In this document: positions 1-12,576 of the stretch, piece by piece
Layout of the letters: each line of letters begins with the position of its first letter
Numbering within the stretch: position 1 is the first letter of the stretch
NCBI GenBank assembly: GCA_030167865.1
Contig: JALAGF010004219.1
Location: 1-64,000, forward strand
Reading direction: 5' to 3'
Length of the DNA stretch: 64,000 bases
DNA from: Craspedostauros australis
Lineage: Eukaryota
Made by a program: the position numbers and the translations under genes
Notes under the pieces: model-generated
What the model saw: the letters and a program-made list of their open reading frames with translations, nothing else
The model's database searches: none
Told to the model about the DNA's origin: nothing

Positions 1-3000
1 TTTGGACACAGAGACATCATCTGGCGTTTGCTGGGATTCGATCCCGACAACGTGTGTGCTCGCATCCAAAACAACGATGGGAACACGCCCCTCCACCTGG
101 CCTGCCGCAAAGGTTACAGAAACGTGGTCAATACGTTGATTCAATCCATCCACAACAACAGCACAACCAATACCGCTGTCAGCATCGACATCAATCTTCA
201 GAACAAGAACGGTTGGACACCGCTACATTACGCGTGCCGAAAGCGACACAAGGATGTGGTTGAATACTTCCTGCACCTCAATCGCAACGACAGCCATATC
301 CATGCCAATTTCGACACCAAGGACCACCTTGGCAAGACGCCGTTTGAATGCGTTGCAGAAGGTGACGAGGAGTGGATCCGTTCTTTGGTCGCATCCTATC
401 TGGTCAACCAGGAAGGGCGCACCTCGTTCGCTGGCAATGATGAGAAGAACACCGCGCTTCATCTTGCCTGTTTATCAGGACTTCTAGAAGTGGTGCGCGC
501 TCTCGTCGAATCCACCAAGATCTCGGTTGATGCCAACGCGAAGAATAGCCTGGGGTACACAGCATTGCATTATGCGTGCCAGAAAGGACACACAGATGTG
601 ATCGAATACTTGCTACAGTCCGATCGTGTGAGCACGACGTTCGACCTCTCCATCCAGAACACGGATGGAGATACACCCCTCCACCTTGCCTGCTGGCGCG
701 GAGCCGAAGAAATTGTGCAACTCCTGTTGAGAGAGAAGCGACAACGAACTGACATCGATATCAACGTCACCAACAACAAAGGCAACACGCCTTTGCATTA
801 CGCTTGTTGGCGCGGTCACACAGGCGTAACGAAGAATTTGATCGAGTCAGAGACACCCGTCATCAATGTGAATGTTCAAAACAACCATCTGGACACGCCG
901 CTTCACCTCGCTTGCCGGTATGGACACAAGGACGCGGTGGAATACATGACAAAGTCACAGATTGCCAAAGTGAACCTCGATGTCCGCAACAGATTCGGAA
1001 ACACGCCATTCCATGTCGCCTGCGTATCTGGACATGAAGATCTCGCCAGGTTTTTGGTGAATTCGCAACAACTCAACGTTGACATCGAAGCTGAGAACAA
1101 GAACAAGAATACGCCGCTTCACAGTGCCTGTCGTCGTGGGCACGATGGCGTTGCCGACTTCTTGCTGGGGCTCGATCAAGGCACCAGCAACGGCGGTGGC
1201 GGTGGCAACGCACCCAACAACAACGGAAACACACCGCTGCATGTTGCGTGCCGGCATGGCAAGAGACATGTGATCGATCGCATGCTGCAGCATCTTCAAG
1301 AGAAGGTGGATGTCAACGCGAAAAACAAGAACGGAAACACGCCGTTGCACGTCGCCTGTTGCCACGGACGGATAAATGCGGTCCAGGACTTGATCCAGTA
1401 CATGTTCGAATGCAACGACTGCAAACCTGTTGATATCAATACCCCAAACAACAAGGGATATACGCCACTGCACTATGCCTGTCGAAACGGCCACATCGAC
1501 GTCGTGAAACGCCTCATCGAATCGGATCAAGCCGACGTTAACGTCAACATGCAAGACAAGAATGGCGATACGCCAATTCACCACGCGTGCAGGAAACGGA
1601 AAAGGAAGGTTGTTCAATGCATGATGGAATCTGATCAGGCCGATATTGATCTCAACATCAGCAACTCTCGGGGCGATGTCCCGCTTGGTGTTGTTTGCAA
1701 CAACAGAGACGCAAGTCTTGCAGAGCATCTCATCAAGTTGAAAATAGCTGGAATTGACTTTGACTCAAGCAGACATGGGCAAATGAACATCGTTGACCAC
1801 CTCGTGCCATCAAAGCAAATCCACATCAATATCAATATACAAGACGAGCATGGGTACACGCCGCTCCATTACGCGTGCCAGTATGGGCACAAGGAGGTCG
1901 TCGAATTCTTGTTTGGATTTGGCGAGGACGCCGTCAACTTCAACATCGGAAACACGAACGGCGATTCACCTCTGCATCTGACATGCCGATACGGACAACT
2001 CCTTGTCGTTCAATGCATGATTCAGTTGGATGTGAACCGTAGAATCGATTTTGGCATCTTCAACAACAACAGGTGCACGCCAATCCACCTTGCATGTGAG
2101 AACGGCCACCGGGCTGTGGTTGAGTGCCTCGTGGAATCGCGTCGACAAGATATTGATCCGAATTTACATGACCACAACCATAACACCCCTCTTCATTTGG
2201 CATCCAGCGGCGGATACTGGAAGGTGGTTGCGCACCTGATGGAATCCAGTTGGATCAATGTCGATGTCGTTGCCCGTAACTTGGATGGCGACACGGCGCT
2301 TCATGTTGCTTGCCAACACCAGCATATCAAAGTGGTGCAATACATTGTGCAATCGAGTCAGGCAAACGTCCGCGCCAGTGTCAACGTCAGAAACTTCAAC
2401 AATGGAAACACACCATTCCATGATGCCTGCAGTTCTACGCAAATCGACGTCGTTCGTTGTTTGGTGGAATCAGACAAGCCCAACATCGATATCAACGCCC
2501 GCAACGACAAAGGCGAGACAGGACTGTACCTTGCCTGTTGGTTTGGGAACATCCCGGTAATCAAATACTTGCTCGGCGTGGATTCAGTTGGCACCAGGGT
2601 TGACGTGACCATCTCCAACAACGATGGACGCACGCCATTGCACATAGCGTGCCAGCAAGGCCACAGGAGTGCGATTAAGCTCCTCGTGGAATCCAATCTG
2701 GAGGCTATCAACACCATCATCAACAGCCAATCAGAACAAGGCGACACCCCCCTTGACCTCGCTTGTCAATACAGACGCAAAGACGTGGTCGAGTACTTGA
2801 CAGGTCTGCGTGGCAACGGCATCAACATACAATATGAGGACACGCCGCTGCACCATGCGTGTTGCCGTGGCCAAGTAGAGACCGTTCAGCATCTCATTGA
2901 GTCCGTTGGATTCAATACTGATCTCACGACCACCGATGGCAGAACCGGGCTCCACTGCGCTGCTCGCTACGGACAAGACGAGACCGTGCAGTATTTGATC

Positions 3001-4713
3001 GGCGCAGCCAATATCAACATCAACATCAACGCCCAAGATAATGACGGGAACACCCCGCTGTATCTTGCCTGCCGGGAGTATGATCCGGGATTCGTCGACG
3101 GCCATTGGGAAGTCTTTAACCTGCTCTTGCAACAACCGCAAATCGATGTCAACATCGTCAATCAACAGCACCAAACACCGCTGATGGAAGTATGCAAGCA
3201 GTACACACCCGAGAGTGGGTACGTCATCTTCATCAGAGGACTCTTGAACGCAGGCGCGGACGTCAATATCGCAGATGGCGACGGCAACACGCCGTTGCAC
3301 ATCATCTGCCAGGGCGGATACTTCAAGATCTTCACAGACCTGGCTCGTGCACAGGGCATCCAAATGGATGTTCGGAACAATGCTGGCCAAACGCTGCTGC
3401 ACATCGCTTGCAGCAAGCAAGAGTCCTCGGATCTGGACTATACGGGAGGCGACGACTGCCAGTACTATGCCATCATCCATCACCTTCTGGAGAAAGTGGG
3501 CATCTCCGCCAATGATGAAGATAACGAGCGCAACACGCCACTACACTTCATGTGCTCTGCCGAATATGCGTGTGTTGATGGAATCCGGCACCTTGTGAAG
3601 AAATGGCAAGCTCGTGCTAACGTCACCAACAGTGCTGGTCAAACTCCATTGCACCTTGCATGCATGCAAGGGAATCTCGAGGTGGTGAAATTTTTTGTTG
3701 GGGAGACAGATGTGGGCGCGGACGACCCGGATAGCGCGGGCCAGACCCCGTTGCACTTTGCGTGCGTGCGCGGACGCGTTGAGGTGGTGAAACATCTGGT
3801 TGAAGAGGCAAATGCTGATATCAATACTCAAGACCAGCAAGGCTACACACCGTTGCTCCTTGCCTGCGGATATGAACGGCTTCATGTGATCGAATATCTC
3901 ATCGCACAAGCCAACCTTCACATTGATGCTCGGTACAGTAACGCAAGCACGCTGTTGCAAGTCGCAGCAGCTCGTGGGCACCTTGACGTGATGAAACGCC
4001 TCCTCGAGCTTCCAAACGCTAACATCAATGTCCGGGACGCCCTGGGACACGCACCTCTGCACTTTGCGTGCGCGAGTGGGCACCTTGATATTGTAGAGTA
4101 TGTGACTAAAATTGAAGGTGTCGATGTCAATGTCCAGAATAGTGGGGGCAACACCCCGCTGCATCTCACCATCCAGTGCTATCGTGATGAGAACAATGGA
4201 AGCTACAGAAAGATACTCAACATCTTGGTGAACACAAGGCAGATCAGAACCAACCTGACCAATAGGAGAAACGAGACTCCGTTGCTCATCGCGTGCAAGA
4301 TATTCTCGGCTGTCAACGACATCTTTGCCGTTGTCATCGAAGTGTTGGTGAAAGAAGGCCACGCAGATGTCAACATCGTCGACATCGATGGCTACGCGCC
4401 TTTGCATGTTCTGTGCTGGTACGGGCGTCTCCAGATGGTGCGAGATTTGATCAACACGCCAGGTGTCCAAGTGGACATGAATATCCGGAATACGTACGAC
4501 TGGAGGCCTCAGGATGTTGCTGCGATGAGAGGACATGCTGAGTTGGCAGAGTACCTCATATCATTGCAACCAGCGCAGAGCGAAGAGCAAGCTGGACGCT
4601 TCCATCGTGGAGACAACAGCGCTCAGGAGGACGGGGTCAATACGTGGGAGCATGTGGGTCACGTGGCTCCTGAATCTGCCAATTCCAGGAGCACAGGTTT
4701 TGGAACTCCCTGA
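1..4713 (+). CDS. Very long ankyrin-repeat protein (5'-truncated by the window edge)
   Basis: Frame is open from base 1 (FGHRDIIWRLL...) to TGA at 4711-4713. Dozens of tandem G-x-TPLH-x-AC...G...VV..L ankyrin repeats; no intron needed. Confidence 0.93.
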   Translation, partial: FGHRDIIWRLLGFDPDNVCARIQNNDGNTPLHLACRKGYRNVVNTLIQSIHNNSTTNTAVSIDINLQNKNGWTPLHYACRKRHKDVVEYFLHLNRNDSHIHANFDTKDHLGKTPFECVAEGDEEWIRSLVASYLVNQEGRTSFAGNDEKNTALHLACLSGLLEVVRALVESTKISVDANAKNSLGYTALHYACQKGHTDVIEYLLQSDRVSTTFDLSIQNTDGDTPLHLACWRGAEEIVQLLLREKRQRTDIDINVTNNKGNTPLHYACWRGHTGVTKNLIESETPVINVNVQNNHLDTPLHLACRYGHKDAVEYMTKSQIAKVNLDVRNRFGNTPFHVACVSGHEDLARFLVNSQQLNVDIEAENKNKNTPLHSACRRGHDGVADFLLGLDQGTSNGGGGGNAPNNNGNTPLHVACRHGKRHVIDRMLQHLQEKVDVNAKNKNGNTPLHVACCHGRINAVQDLIQYMFECNDCKPVDINTPNNKGYTPLHYACRNGHIDVVKRLIESDQADVNVNMQDKNGDTPIHHACRKRKRKVVQCMMESDQADIDLNISNSRGDVPLGVVCNNRDASLAEHLIKLKIAGIDFDSSRHGQMNIVDHLVPSKQIHININIQDEHGYTPLHYACQYGHKEVVEFLFGFGEDAVNFNIGNTNGDSPLHLTCRYGQLLVVQCMIQLDVNRRIDFGIFNNNRCTPIHLACENGHRAVVECLVESRRQDIDPNLHDHNHNTPLHLASSGGYWKVVAHLMESSWINVDVVARNLDGDTALHVACQHQHIKVVQYIVQSSQANVRASVNVRNFNNGNTPFHDACSSTQIDVVRCLVESDKPNIDINARNDKGETGLYLACWFGNIPVIKYLLGVDSVGTRVDVTISNNDGRTPLHIACQQGHRSAIKLLVESNLEAINTIINSQSEQGDTPLDLACQYRRKDVVEYLTGLRGNGINIQYEDTPLHHACCRGQVETVQHLIESVGFNTDLTTTDGRTGLHCAARYGQDETVQYLIGAANINININAQDNDGNTPLYLACREYDPGFVDGHWEVFNLLLQQPQIDVNIVNQQHQTPLMEVCKQYTPESGYVIFIRGLLNAGADVNIADGDGNTPLHIICQGGYFKIFTDLARAQGIQMDVRNNAGQTLLHIACSKQESSDLDYTGGDDCQYYAIIHHLLEKVGISANDEDNERNTPLHFMCSAEYACVDGIRHLVKKWQARANVTNSAGQTPLHLACMQGNLEVVKFFVGETDVGADDPDSAGQTPLHFACVRGRVEVVKHLVEEANADINTQDQQGYTPLLLACGYERLHVIEYLIAQANLHIDARYSNASTLLQVAAARGHLDVMKRLLELPNANINVRDALGHAPLHFACASGHLDIVEYVTKIEGVDVNVQNSGGNTPLHLTIQCYRDENNGSYRKILNILVNTRQIRTNLTNRRNETPLLIACKIFSAVNDIFAVVIEVLVKEGHADVNIVDIDGYAPLHVLCWYGRLQMVRDLINTPGVQVDMNIRNTYDWRPQDVAAMRGHAELAEYLISLQPAQSEEQAGRFHRGDNSAQEDGVNTWEHVGHVAPESANSRSTGFGTP

Positions 4714-5050
4714 GTGCAGACACATGATGCGTTATACATGTTCTATTGGCACTCCGCACGCACTTTTAGTTCTCAGAAGCACGCTCTTGCGCTGAAGACA
4801 TCGACGAACGCCATCACAGCAGTGTACAGCCGTACTCATACTCGTTCTTGGCACATTCAATAGGTCGTACATACATATGATCCATCATCTCGCCATTCAT
4901 CTGAAAGGTAAAATAGGATTCGGTTCTTTCCGAAGGTCGGTGCTTTGCGTCCTCTTCTGTCGTGTAGGTCGTATGATATCGCTATCTCGTATGGCAATAG
5001 AATAGAATAGCATGGAACATATGGCAGTACTGAGTCTCTCACTCACTCTG

Positions 5051-5071
5051 GAGAGAGAGAGAGAGAGAGAG
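5051..5071. repeat. (GA)n microsatellite
   Basis: Run of about 10 GA units. Similar GA/CT runs occur near 16363, 22360, 23221 and 39053. Confidence 0.85.
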
Positions 5072-5316
5072 TGGTTGGCGTATCAACTGGACACGATCGT
5101 GCGTCGGGTTATTTTCCACGGTTTTTCGGTACTGGAGAAGTCTCAAAAAGAGATCACGGCATTTGTGTGTCGTCTTCCTCGGAGAGAAACGAGACACATC
5201 ACAAAACACAACCCATCAAGACACATCACATCACCCTCGACGCCAACTCCGCGCCAACTCTGCGGCTTCCAACGAGAATAACCCCACCAGGCTTCCACAA
5301 TAGCAACAATAGTGAT

Positions 5317-7853
5317 ATGCTGAAGTCATGCCGACGAATGCGCATGTTCCTGTTCTTTTGGAATTGGATGCTCGTCGCGTTGGCGAGCGTTGCCCTATCC
5401 TTCCAGCCTTCGCCACGATGGACTGCCCAAATGGCATCATTTGGAGCAGCCTCGGTGGAACGCACGAGAAGCAGCAATGCCCGCTGGCGGCTAGTCCATG
5501 CAACACACGCGCCTGTTCGTGGCACGACAACGTGCTGCACAAGCAACCCCACCGTCGATGAAAGTGATCACACTGCGAAAGTTGTCGTCGTTGGAGCAGG
5601 GGTCGGAGGACTAGCAGTTGCTGCCAGGCTTGCTTCGCACTATCGCAACGGCGGCAACAGCTGCCACAAATGCGAGGTGATGCTTCTGGAAAAGAACCAG
5701 GAGGTCGGCGGCCGATGCGGGAGCTTTATTTGCGACGTGCCGGAGCTGGGCGCATTCCGACATGAACGCGGACCGTCGCTGCTGCTCTTACCGGACGTAT
5801 ACAGATCAGTCTTTCATGATTGCACTGACCGCCAAGCAGGTGCAGAAGATTTCGGGCTCAGCATGCTGCAATGCGCGCCGGCCTACCAGGTTGTGTTTGA
5901 AGATGGTGATCGGATCGATGTTGGATTTCCAAGGGACATCGAAAAGAGCAGCAGCGAGGGTCGTGGGCACCACGACGATGCCACAACTTTGCTCTCGCTG
6001 GAGCAGTGCTCAAGGGCGAAGATGGATCAGTACGAAATGGAGGGTGCAAGCAAGTGGGACGATTACATGCAGGCCTGCCAAGCATTCTTGGATTGTGGAT
6101 TGCCGAATTTCATCGAGCAGAGATTGGACTTGCTGTCATTCCCCACATTCGTCATCGAGGCCCTCAAGAACAATGCTCGTGCGTGGCCGTTGAAACCGCA
6201 TTCGGATGTGCTGGATGCCATCTTCGAGTCGAGCAAGATGAAGGCGCTGGCATCCTTTCAGGATCTGTACGTGGGGCTGGAACCGTACAAAAACGACCAT
6301 TCATTTGGCGGTGGTATCTTCAAGACGACTGCGCCCGCCGTCTTTGGGCTCCTTGCTGCTATCGAGCTGCATCCAACGAATAAAAAGTGCGGAGTCTTTG
6401 CCCCCGTTGGTGGATTCGATGTTGTTTCCAAATCGCTGGAAGCTCTCTGCGAAGAGACTGGGGTGACGATCCAATGCGGAAGGACGGTGAGACGAGTTAC
6501 TAACGACGGCGTTTATGTCACGAAATCGTTGGGCAACGAAAATGAGGCTGATGGCCCCGCTTCCTGCACGGACGAATTCATCCAGGCGGATCTCGTTGTT
6601 GTCAATGCAGATCTTCCGTACGCGAAGAAGGTGCTAGAGATAGATGGGAATGCCGATGCAGCTGATGGTGATGCGGCTGATGCAAAAGCACCACGAACCC
6701 TACGTAACGACGAAACACCAGGTGGAGCTGACGTCTTCGACTGGGATGATTCATTTGTGTTCAGCAGCGGGGTCATTGCCTTTCATTGGTCTATTGGTCA
6801 GCGATGCGATGATCTGAACACGCACAACGTGTTTCTCATCGGGGAGAACGATGCTGCTGCAGAGCAGAGTTGGGAGACGCTGCGGTCCAACAGCGGCGGT
6901 ATCACAGATGATCAATCACTGTTCAACTTTTACGTTCACCGCGCATCCAAGACGGATCCAACCGCTGCGCCAGATGGATGTGACTCGGTCATGGTGCTTG
7001 TTCCCTGCCGCACCCTGTTGAGAGATGAACAGTGCGCCAACCTGCCAAAAGCGGAAGCGATCGAGCTGTACAAGCAACAGTTTACGGAATCGATGATCGA
7101 GACGGTCCGTTCTGCCGTCTTTCATCGGATGGGCAAGATCGAATCGTTGCAGGATCTGGAGGAGCACATCGTGGATGAAGTCGTCGACACCCCGGTAACG
7201 TGGGCAGATCAATTCAACCTTGCGGCGGGAACACCTTTTGCTTTGGTAAGTGACTTGTCTGCTTGATGCCGGTGTGCCACCATGCCGTTCTATTGCTCAA
7301 CCCATACTCTCCGCGACTACGAGTATCACACCACACAATGAACGCGCCAACTAGGGTTTTGTCGGGGGACTGTTGTGGAGCAGAGTACATGCCCGACTCT
7401 TATCGTACTACTTGCGTTCGTGCTACCCGCGAAGGAATACTGGCACATGGCATGCCCTTTGAAGTTTACTTCCGCCTTGGCGTCCCGCCTCGCTCTCCAC
7501 ACTGCCAATGTCCAATGGAGTATCGTATACCATGGTGCAAGCACAATGCAACAAAAGTCCTGTCTCACACACATCAATGCGTACACGCGCAAGCGCAAAC
7601 ATCTGCCCCGCATTGTCTCAATCCTGCCTCTCAGAGCCACGGGTTCAACCAACTGAGCCTGACCCGTCCAGGCTGCAAGTCGTCAAGGAATGACAACGTC
7701 CTGTATTGCGGAGCCAGCAGCCGGCCAGGCAACGGGGTGCCGTTGGTTCTCATCGGCGCGAAGCAAGTTGCATCTCAGGCCATTCAGCATTTGGATGCCG
7801 CCATTGCGGAAAAGGAAGCGATTGCAGACCAACACAAGCAGCAGCAGCGGTGA
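5317..7853 (+). CDS. CrtI-type phytoene desaturase / FAD-dependent carotenoid oxidoreductase family; exons 5317-7245 and 7635-7853
   Basis: FAD motif VVVGAGVGGLAVAARLA...LLEKN..VGGR and GPSLL. Intron GTAAGT(7246)..TCAG(7634) joins GTPFAL|SHGFNQLSLTRP. C-terminal CrtI signature LYCGASSRPGNGVPLVLIGAK. Hydrophobic N-terminus ending ALS-FQP. Start codon uncertain. Confidence 0.8.
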
Positions 7854-8648
7854 ACGTCTGCTGAAGAAGCCGGATGATGTTGGAACATGACTGCCATGAG
7901 CGCCTCCAAACCACACTACAATACGGATACGGATAAGCGCACCGAAGTACTCAGAGTGGAAGATTACATTCGTAGTATTCCACAAGTCTCCATTCGATGA
8001 TGAAATCGCCAGAGCTCGCAGCTGTAACATCTTGTAACGAATCTCCCCACTCGGTGACGACTGTGCGAGTATGGTGACAATGAGCACCAAGGACCCCGGG
8101 CGCAGCTGCCAACAAGGTCGCCATTTGTGTCCTTTGTGTGCTGTTGTGTTGGTTGTGTGGTGTTTGCGCGGTGGTGGTCGTTGTTGCTGTTGTTGTTTCC
8201 AACACGAACAGCTCACACCACTCAACTCACGCACGACCTACATTCATTCTAAATATGATTTTCCCTTTTACCAGAAATATCGCTAGGAACTTGTAGTACA
8301 TTTTGTACATGATTTTGGGCCACCGTCCGAAAATGCGGATTACACGAAAGGTAGATCGTGGGGACTCCCAACGAATCCGGAGGATCTTGGCGTTTGTGGT
8401 TCACGAGCACGAGCATCCGCGCTCGCGCAAGAGGCCCGCAGTCACAGAGCATCCACACACATCATCCAAGTATCTGAACCCTCCTCGACCACCCACGGAC
8501 GCACGATTGAGCAGAGGTCAGTGCAGCGCATCAAGGGAAGAAGGAAGAAGTCCAACAGAGGAGCGAAGATTGACCCATCAGGCGATCACGCAGCAGAACG
8601 CACGACACAGTGATATAGCAAAATAGCGGCACACCCAATCCATCCACG

Positions 8649-11600
8649 ATGAAGTGGGGACACACGTACAGTGCATTCACCGCCGCTCTGGCGGCATCCT
8701 CATTTGTGATCCCGCAAGGAGCAAAGGCCATGTTTGCTGAAGATGCGGGCACCATCGATTTCTTGATCGCCACTCCGGGCCATGCCGTGACGAGGTTCGT
8801 GCATCCGCTGCAATCCGAGCCTGCCTTCATCACGTCAGATGCAGATGGCATGGCCGATCGCACATCGTGCTACATCTCCAAGCGATCCGCGACAGACGGG
8901 AGCGTCGCATGGAGACGCAATGCCTGTTCGGGGCCTTCCGCGGATCAGAACCATGCCGTGTCGGCCGATGGAGACTTCGTCTTCACCGTCGATCAATCCG
9001 GCATCTTGCGTGCGTGGGCAGCCGCAGACGGCGCTCTGCTTTGGGACGCGGACGTTGGGTCGGCGGGAAGCCCTCGCGTGTGGACCTTCCGCGATGCTGG
9101 GGGAAACATCTTCGTGGCTGGTGCGGCAGGCGAGAACATCGTCATCATCAGCGCTGAGGGGCAGACCATCGGGGACATCACCATGGAGACCGCGCTGGAT
9201 CACGTTGCGCAATCCACCAAGGACCCCAACACCGCGGAATGGTTGCACGTCATCCCAGCACCAAATCACATCGGTGCCATCCGAATCATCTTCGGCATCC
9301 TTTCGCCGAACGGAGTTTTGGTCAAGAAGCCCATCCTGTTGGAGGTCGACATCAGCGCCAAAGCCATCACATTGGGTCAAAGCCGTGTTCTCGGAAACTC
9401 CAAGCCGAACGTTGTGGCGAACTCGCTGACGAGCCTCGAGAATGACGAGAGCTGGAACATCGTGGCCCGCACCGATGATAGCGAGGAGGCGATTGAATTC
9501 AGCATCGACAGTTCCGAAGTCTCCGACGTTGTCGCCACCAACGTTTGGAGCAAGCTGACTGCGGACGTCTATCCGATCGCCGAAGAAAAGGCGGAGCAGT
9601 TGCAGGCCGCCACGTACTGCAAGGAGATGGATGCCATCGTTGGGTTGAGCGATGGAGCCATGAAGGTTTGGAAGACTTCCGGCGGTGATCATCCTGTCGA
9701 TATGACAGGCGATGTCTACCAACCTGCGCCAAGCGATCTCCCTCTCACGACCATCTCTCTGCTGGCATGCGAAACCAACACGATGCGAGTCCTGCTGACG
9801 TCGGAATCAGGAACAGCGACCGCCGTTGCTCTCGATGTCACAGACAACGGCGTGAAGTCGGCCATCGAATGGACCAGCGAGGATGGTCTGGCGACCGTCT
9901 CGTCTGCCATCATGCTCGACGGAAGTCACATGGGATCGGATGATCTGGTGGGAGAGCAGGCGGAGCTTCTGAATCGCCTATCTTTTTCGTCACGCCTCGC
10001 GTCGCAGATCGAAAGCGTGACATCTGCAGTGTCGGCTCGATTGACCAACGCGGGACGCAAGGATCACGCCTTCGGTTTTGTGAAGGTGGCAGCGTTGCTC
10101 TCGCAGTCGACCCATCGAGTGTGGGGCATTGACACTGCAGGTAGCAACAAGGGCACCGTCAAGTGGATGCTGGATCTTCCCAGAGCGGCAGACCGGCATG
10201 TCATGGTGCACGGGACCAAGAGTTCCAAGTCGGCCGTTCATGGTATCAACGGAGGAACCCACAGCCGCGAGATTCTCGTGCTGTCGTTGGAACCGCAGCA
10301 GGTGTCGTGGAACTGCATTGACGGGACGAACGGCGAAAGCCACGCCAGCGGCTCTATCGCCGTTCCCTCATCGGTTGTTCAGATCTCGCCAATTTACGGA
10401 TCCAGCGAATTGTGCCGTCAAGGAGCTTTGCTGCTCCACGATGATATGTCCGTGACCACGATCCCCGATGATAACCAACTCAAGGCACACTTCGCTCGAG
10501 AAATTGCCGAGCTTGACAACGGCTTTTTCGCTCACGTCGTCGACCGCGATGATAACAAGGTGGAGTCCGTCCAAATCAAAGCCACCGGCGATGATTCCTT
10601 CGCCAGCAGCCCCGTCGGCCAGACCAGATTTGCCGGGGAGCAGATCGTGGCCGTCACGTACCCCTTGCGCGATGAGATCATCCAACGGATGAGCACCGTG
10701 CTCGGCGACAATTCCTTGCTGCTCAAGTACATCAATCCGCACCTCGTCGCCATCGTGACAGTGACGGCTGATGATGCAGCAATCGCCACCAAGGAGGGGG
10801 ATCTTGCGTCCTCCATCTCCAAGCCTCAGGCCTCCACGAAGCGCAAGCCAGCAGGCGTGGGTAGCGACAGCGGCACCAGCGCAGAAGTCGTCAACAAGCC
10901 GAATCTGTACGTGAACCTCGTCGACACCGTCACAGGCCGTATCGTCCACCGCACGAGCCACGTGAATGCCGATCCGACGGCGAAGGTGTGCATCACCATC
11001 TCCGAGAACTGGGTCATCTACACCTTCGTCAACAACAAGTCGCGACGCACCGAGCTGGGAGTCCTCACGCTCCATGAAGGCATGATCGACAGCAAGAGCT
11101 TGACCGCGTTCTCGTCTCCCGAGCAGACCACATCCTTCTCCAGCTTCAGCATGAAGGAATCCAAGCCAGTCGTGCTCTCCAAGCTTTACACTTGGCCCAA
11201 GGCGGTGACGGCATTGGGATCGACGGCAACCCGTGACGGCATCAGCGCTCGCCAGATCTTGTTTGCGACCACCGATGGGAAGATCACGGCCATTCCACGT
11301 CAGATGCTGGAAACTCGCCGACCCAATGGAGAGCTCAAGCCAGCTGAGAAGACAGAGGGTCTAGTGCGGTAAGTGAATTGAAACGGGATGGAATTGGTTG
11401 GTTGAAGTTGAATGTGTCAACGCGTGCACGTGAGAGTACCTGGATGGCGAAATGGATGTTGACATTGGATGGTGACATGGATGACAACTTGCTTCACTCG
11501 TGCTAGTATGACATCGCGCCATGATCTTCCAATCTCACACGGTCTCCCCTACAAAACTGCCGTTGCATGCACCAATGCGCCCACGCATCGTCTTCATCCT

Positions 11601-11927
11601 CTCGGAACGATTCTACGCTCACTTTCTCGCAGTTACGGCGAACTGATCCCGATGGTGCCTCTCATGGCACTGAGCTACAATAACACAGTGGAAGGCGTGC
11701 GCAGTGTGCTCTGTATCCACACAGGACTCGAATCGCAGTCTCTGATGCTGGCATTCGGCGGACCGGACATCTTTTACACCCGAACATCTCCCACAAAGGG
11801 CTTCGATTTGTTGCCGGAGAGTTTCAGCCACGTCCTTGTCTCCATTGTGACGGTTGGTCTGCTGATCGTCGTCGTGGTGGTGAAGAAGATGTCGACAAAC
11901 AAAACAATCAAGCAGGGCTGGACGTAA
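8649..11927 (+). CDS. EMC1: ER membrane protein complex subunit 1; exons 8649-11368 and 11633-11927
   Basis: Signal peptide then MFAEDAG..D, PQQ-like propeller, VLGDNSLLLKYINPHL, ENWVIYTF. Intron GTAAGT(11369)..GCAG(11632), phase 2. C-terminal TGLESQSLMLAFGGPDIFYTRTSPTKGFDLL, TM helix and terminal W. Confidence 0.92.
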
Positions 11928-12576
11928 GGAGGGAATAAGGAAGGAAATGGTCCTGTTTCCGTGAGTTTCCGTGAGTTAACAAGACCTTGCGGACGTCACG
12001 ACATCCAGATCGTCTCCAACTGCCGCACACGAGGAGTTATATTATTCTGCTCTACCATACTGCGGGTGCCATGCCATGAGCCTGGGTAGGACTCTGCCAC
12101 CACGTGTACGCAACAATCCAATTGCGAAACGGCAGTTCAAATAAACATTCATGATTATTCTACTCTACTGTGTAACACAACGGCTCTTCCTGCGGATGGG
12201 AACATGTGTCAGGATAAGAACGCCACGGCGGCTACCATACATACGAGAAGAGACATGTGTGGATCTGAACTACGTACTATTCAGTGTGGAGTGGGGCAGC
12301 GTGTGCCCTGTGCATTGGATGGTAGCTACCCGTACATGGTAGTGCATGTCACCAAGCGTGCTGCGCTCTGTCCAGAGATTGGCTCCATTGGCATGCGGCC
12401 CCCACAACGGGCTGTGCCCAAAATTTGAGACCAACGAGATTCGCCCAACGATCGAACGAGCGACTGAACGATTGAACAACAGCAATTACCAAACCCTCGG
12501 AGATCCAAATGTATGAGCATTCCATCGTGTACCATATGTAACATGCTCTGTATGAGTGTAGAGCATCTAGCGGTGC

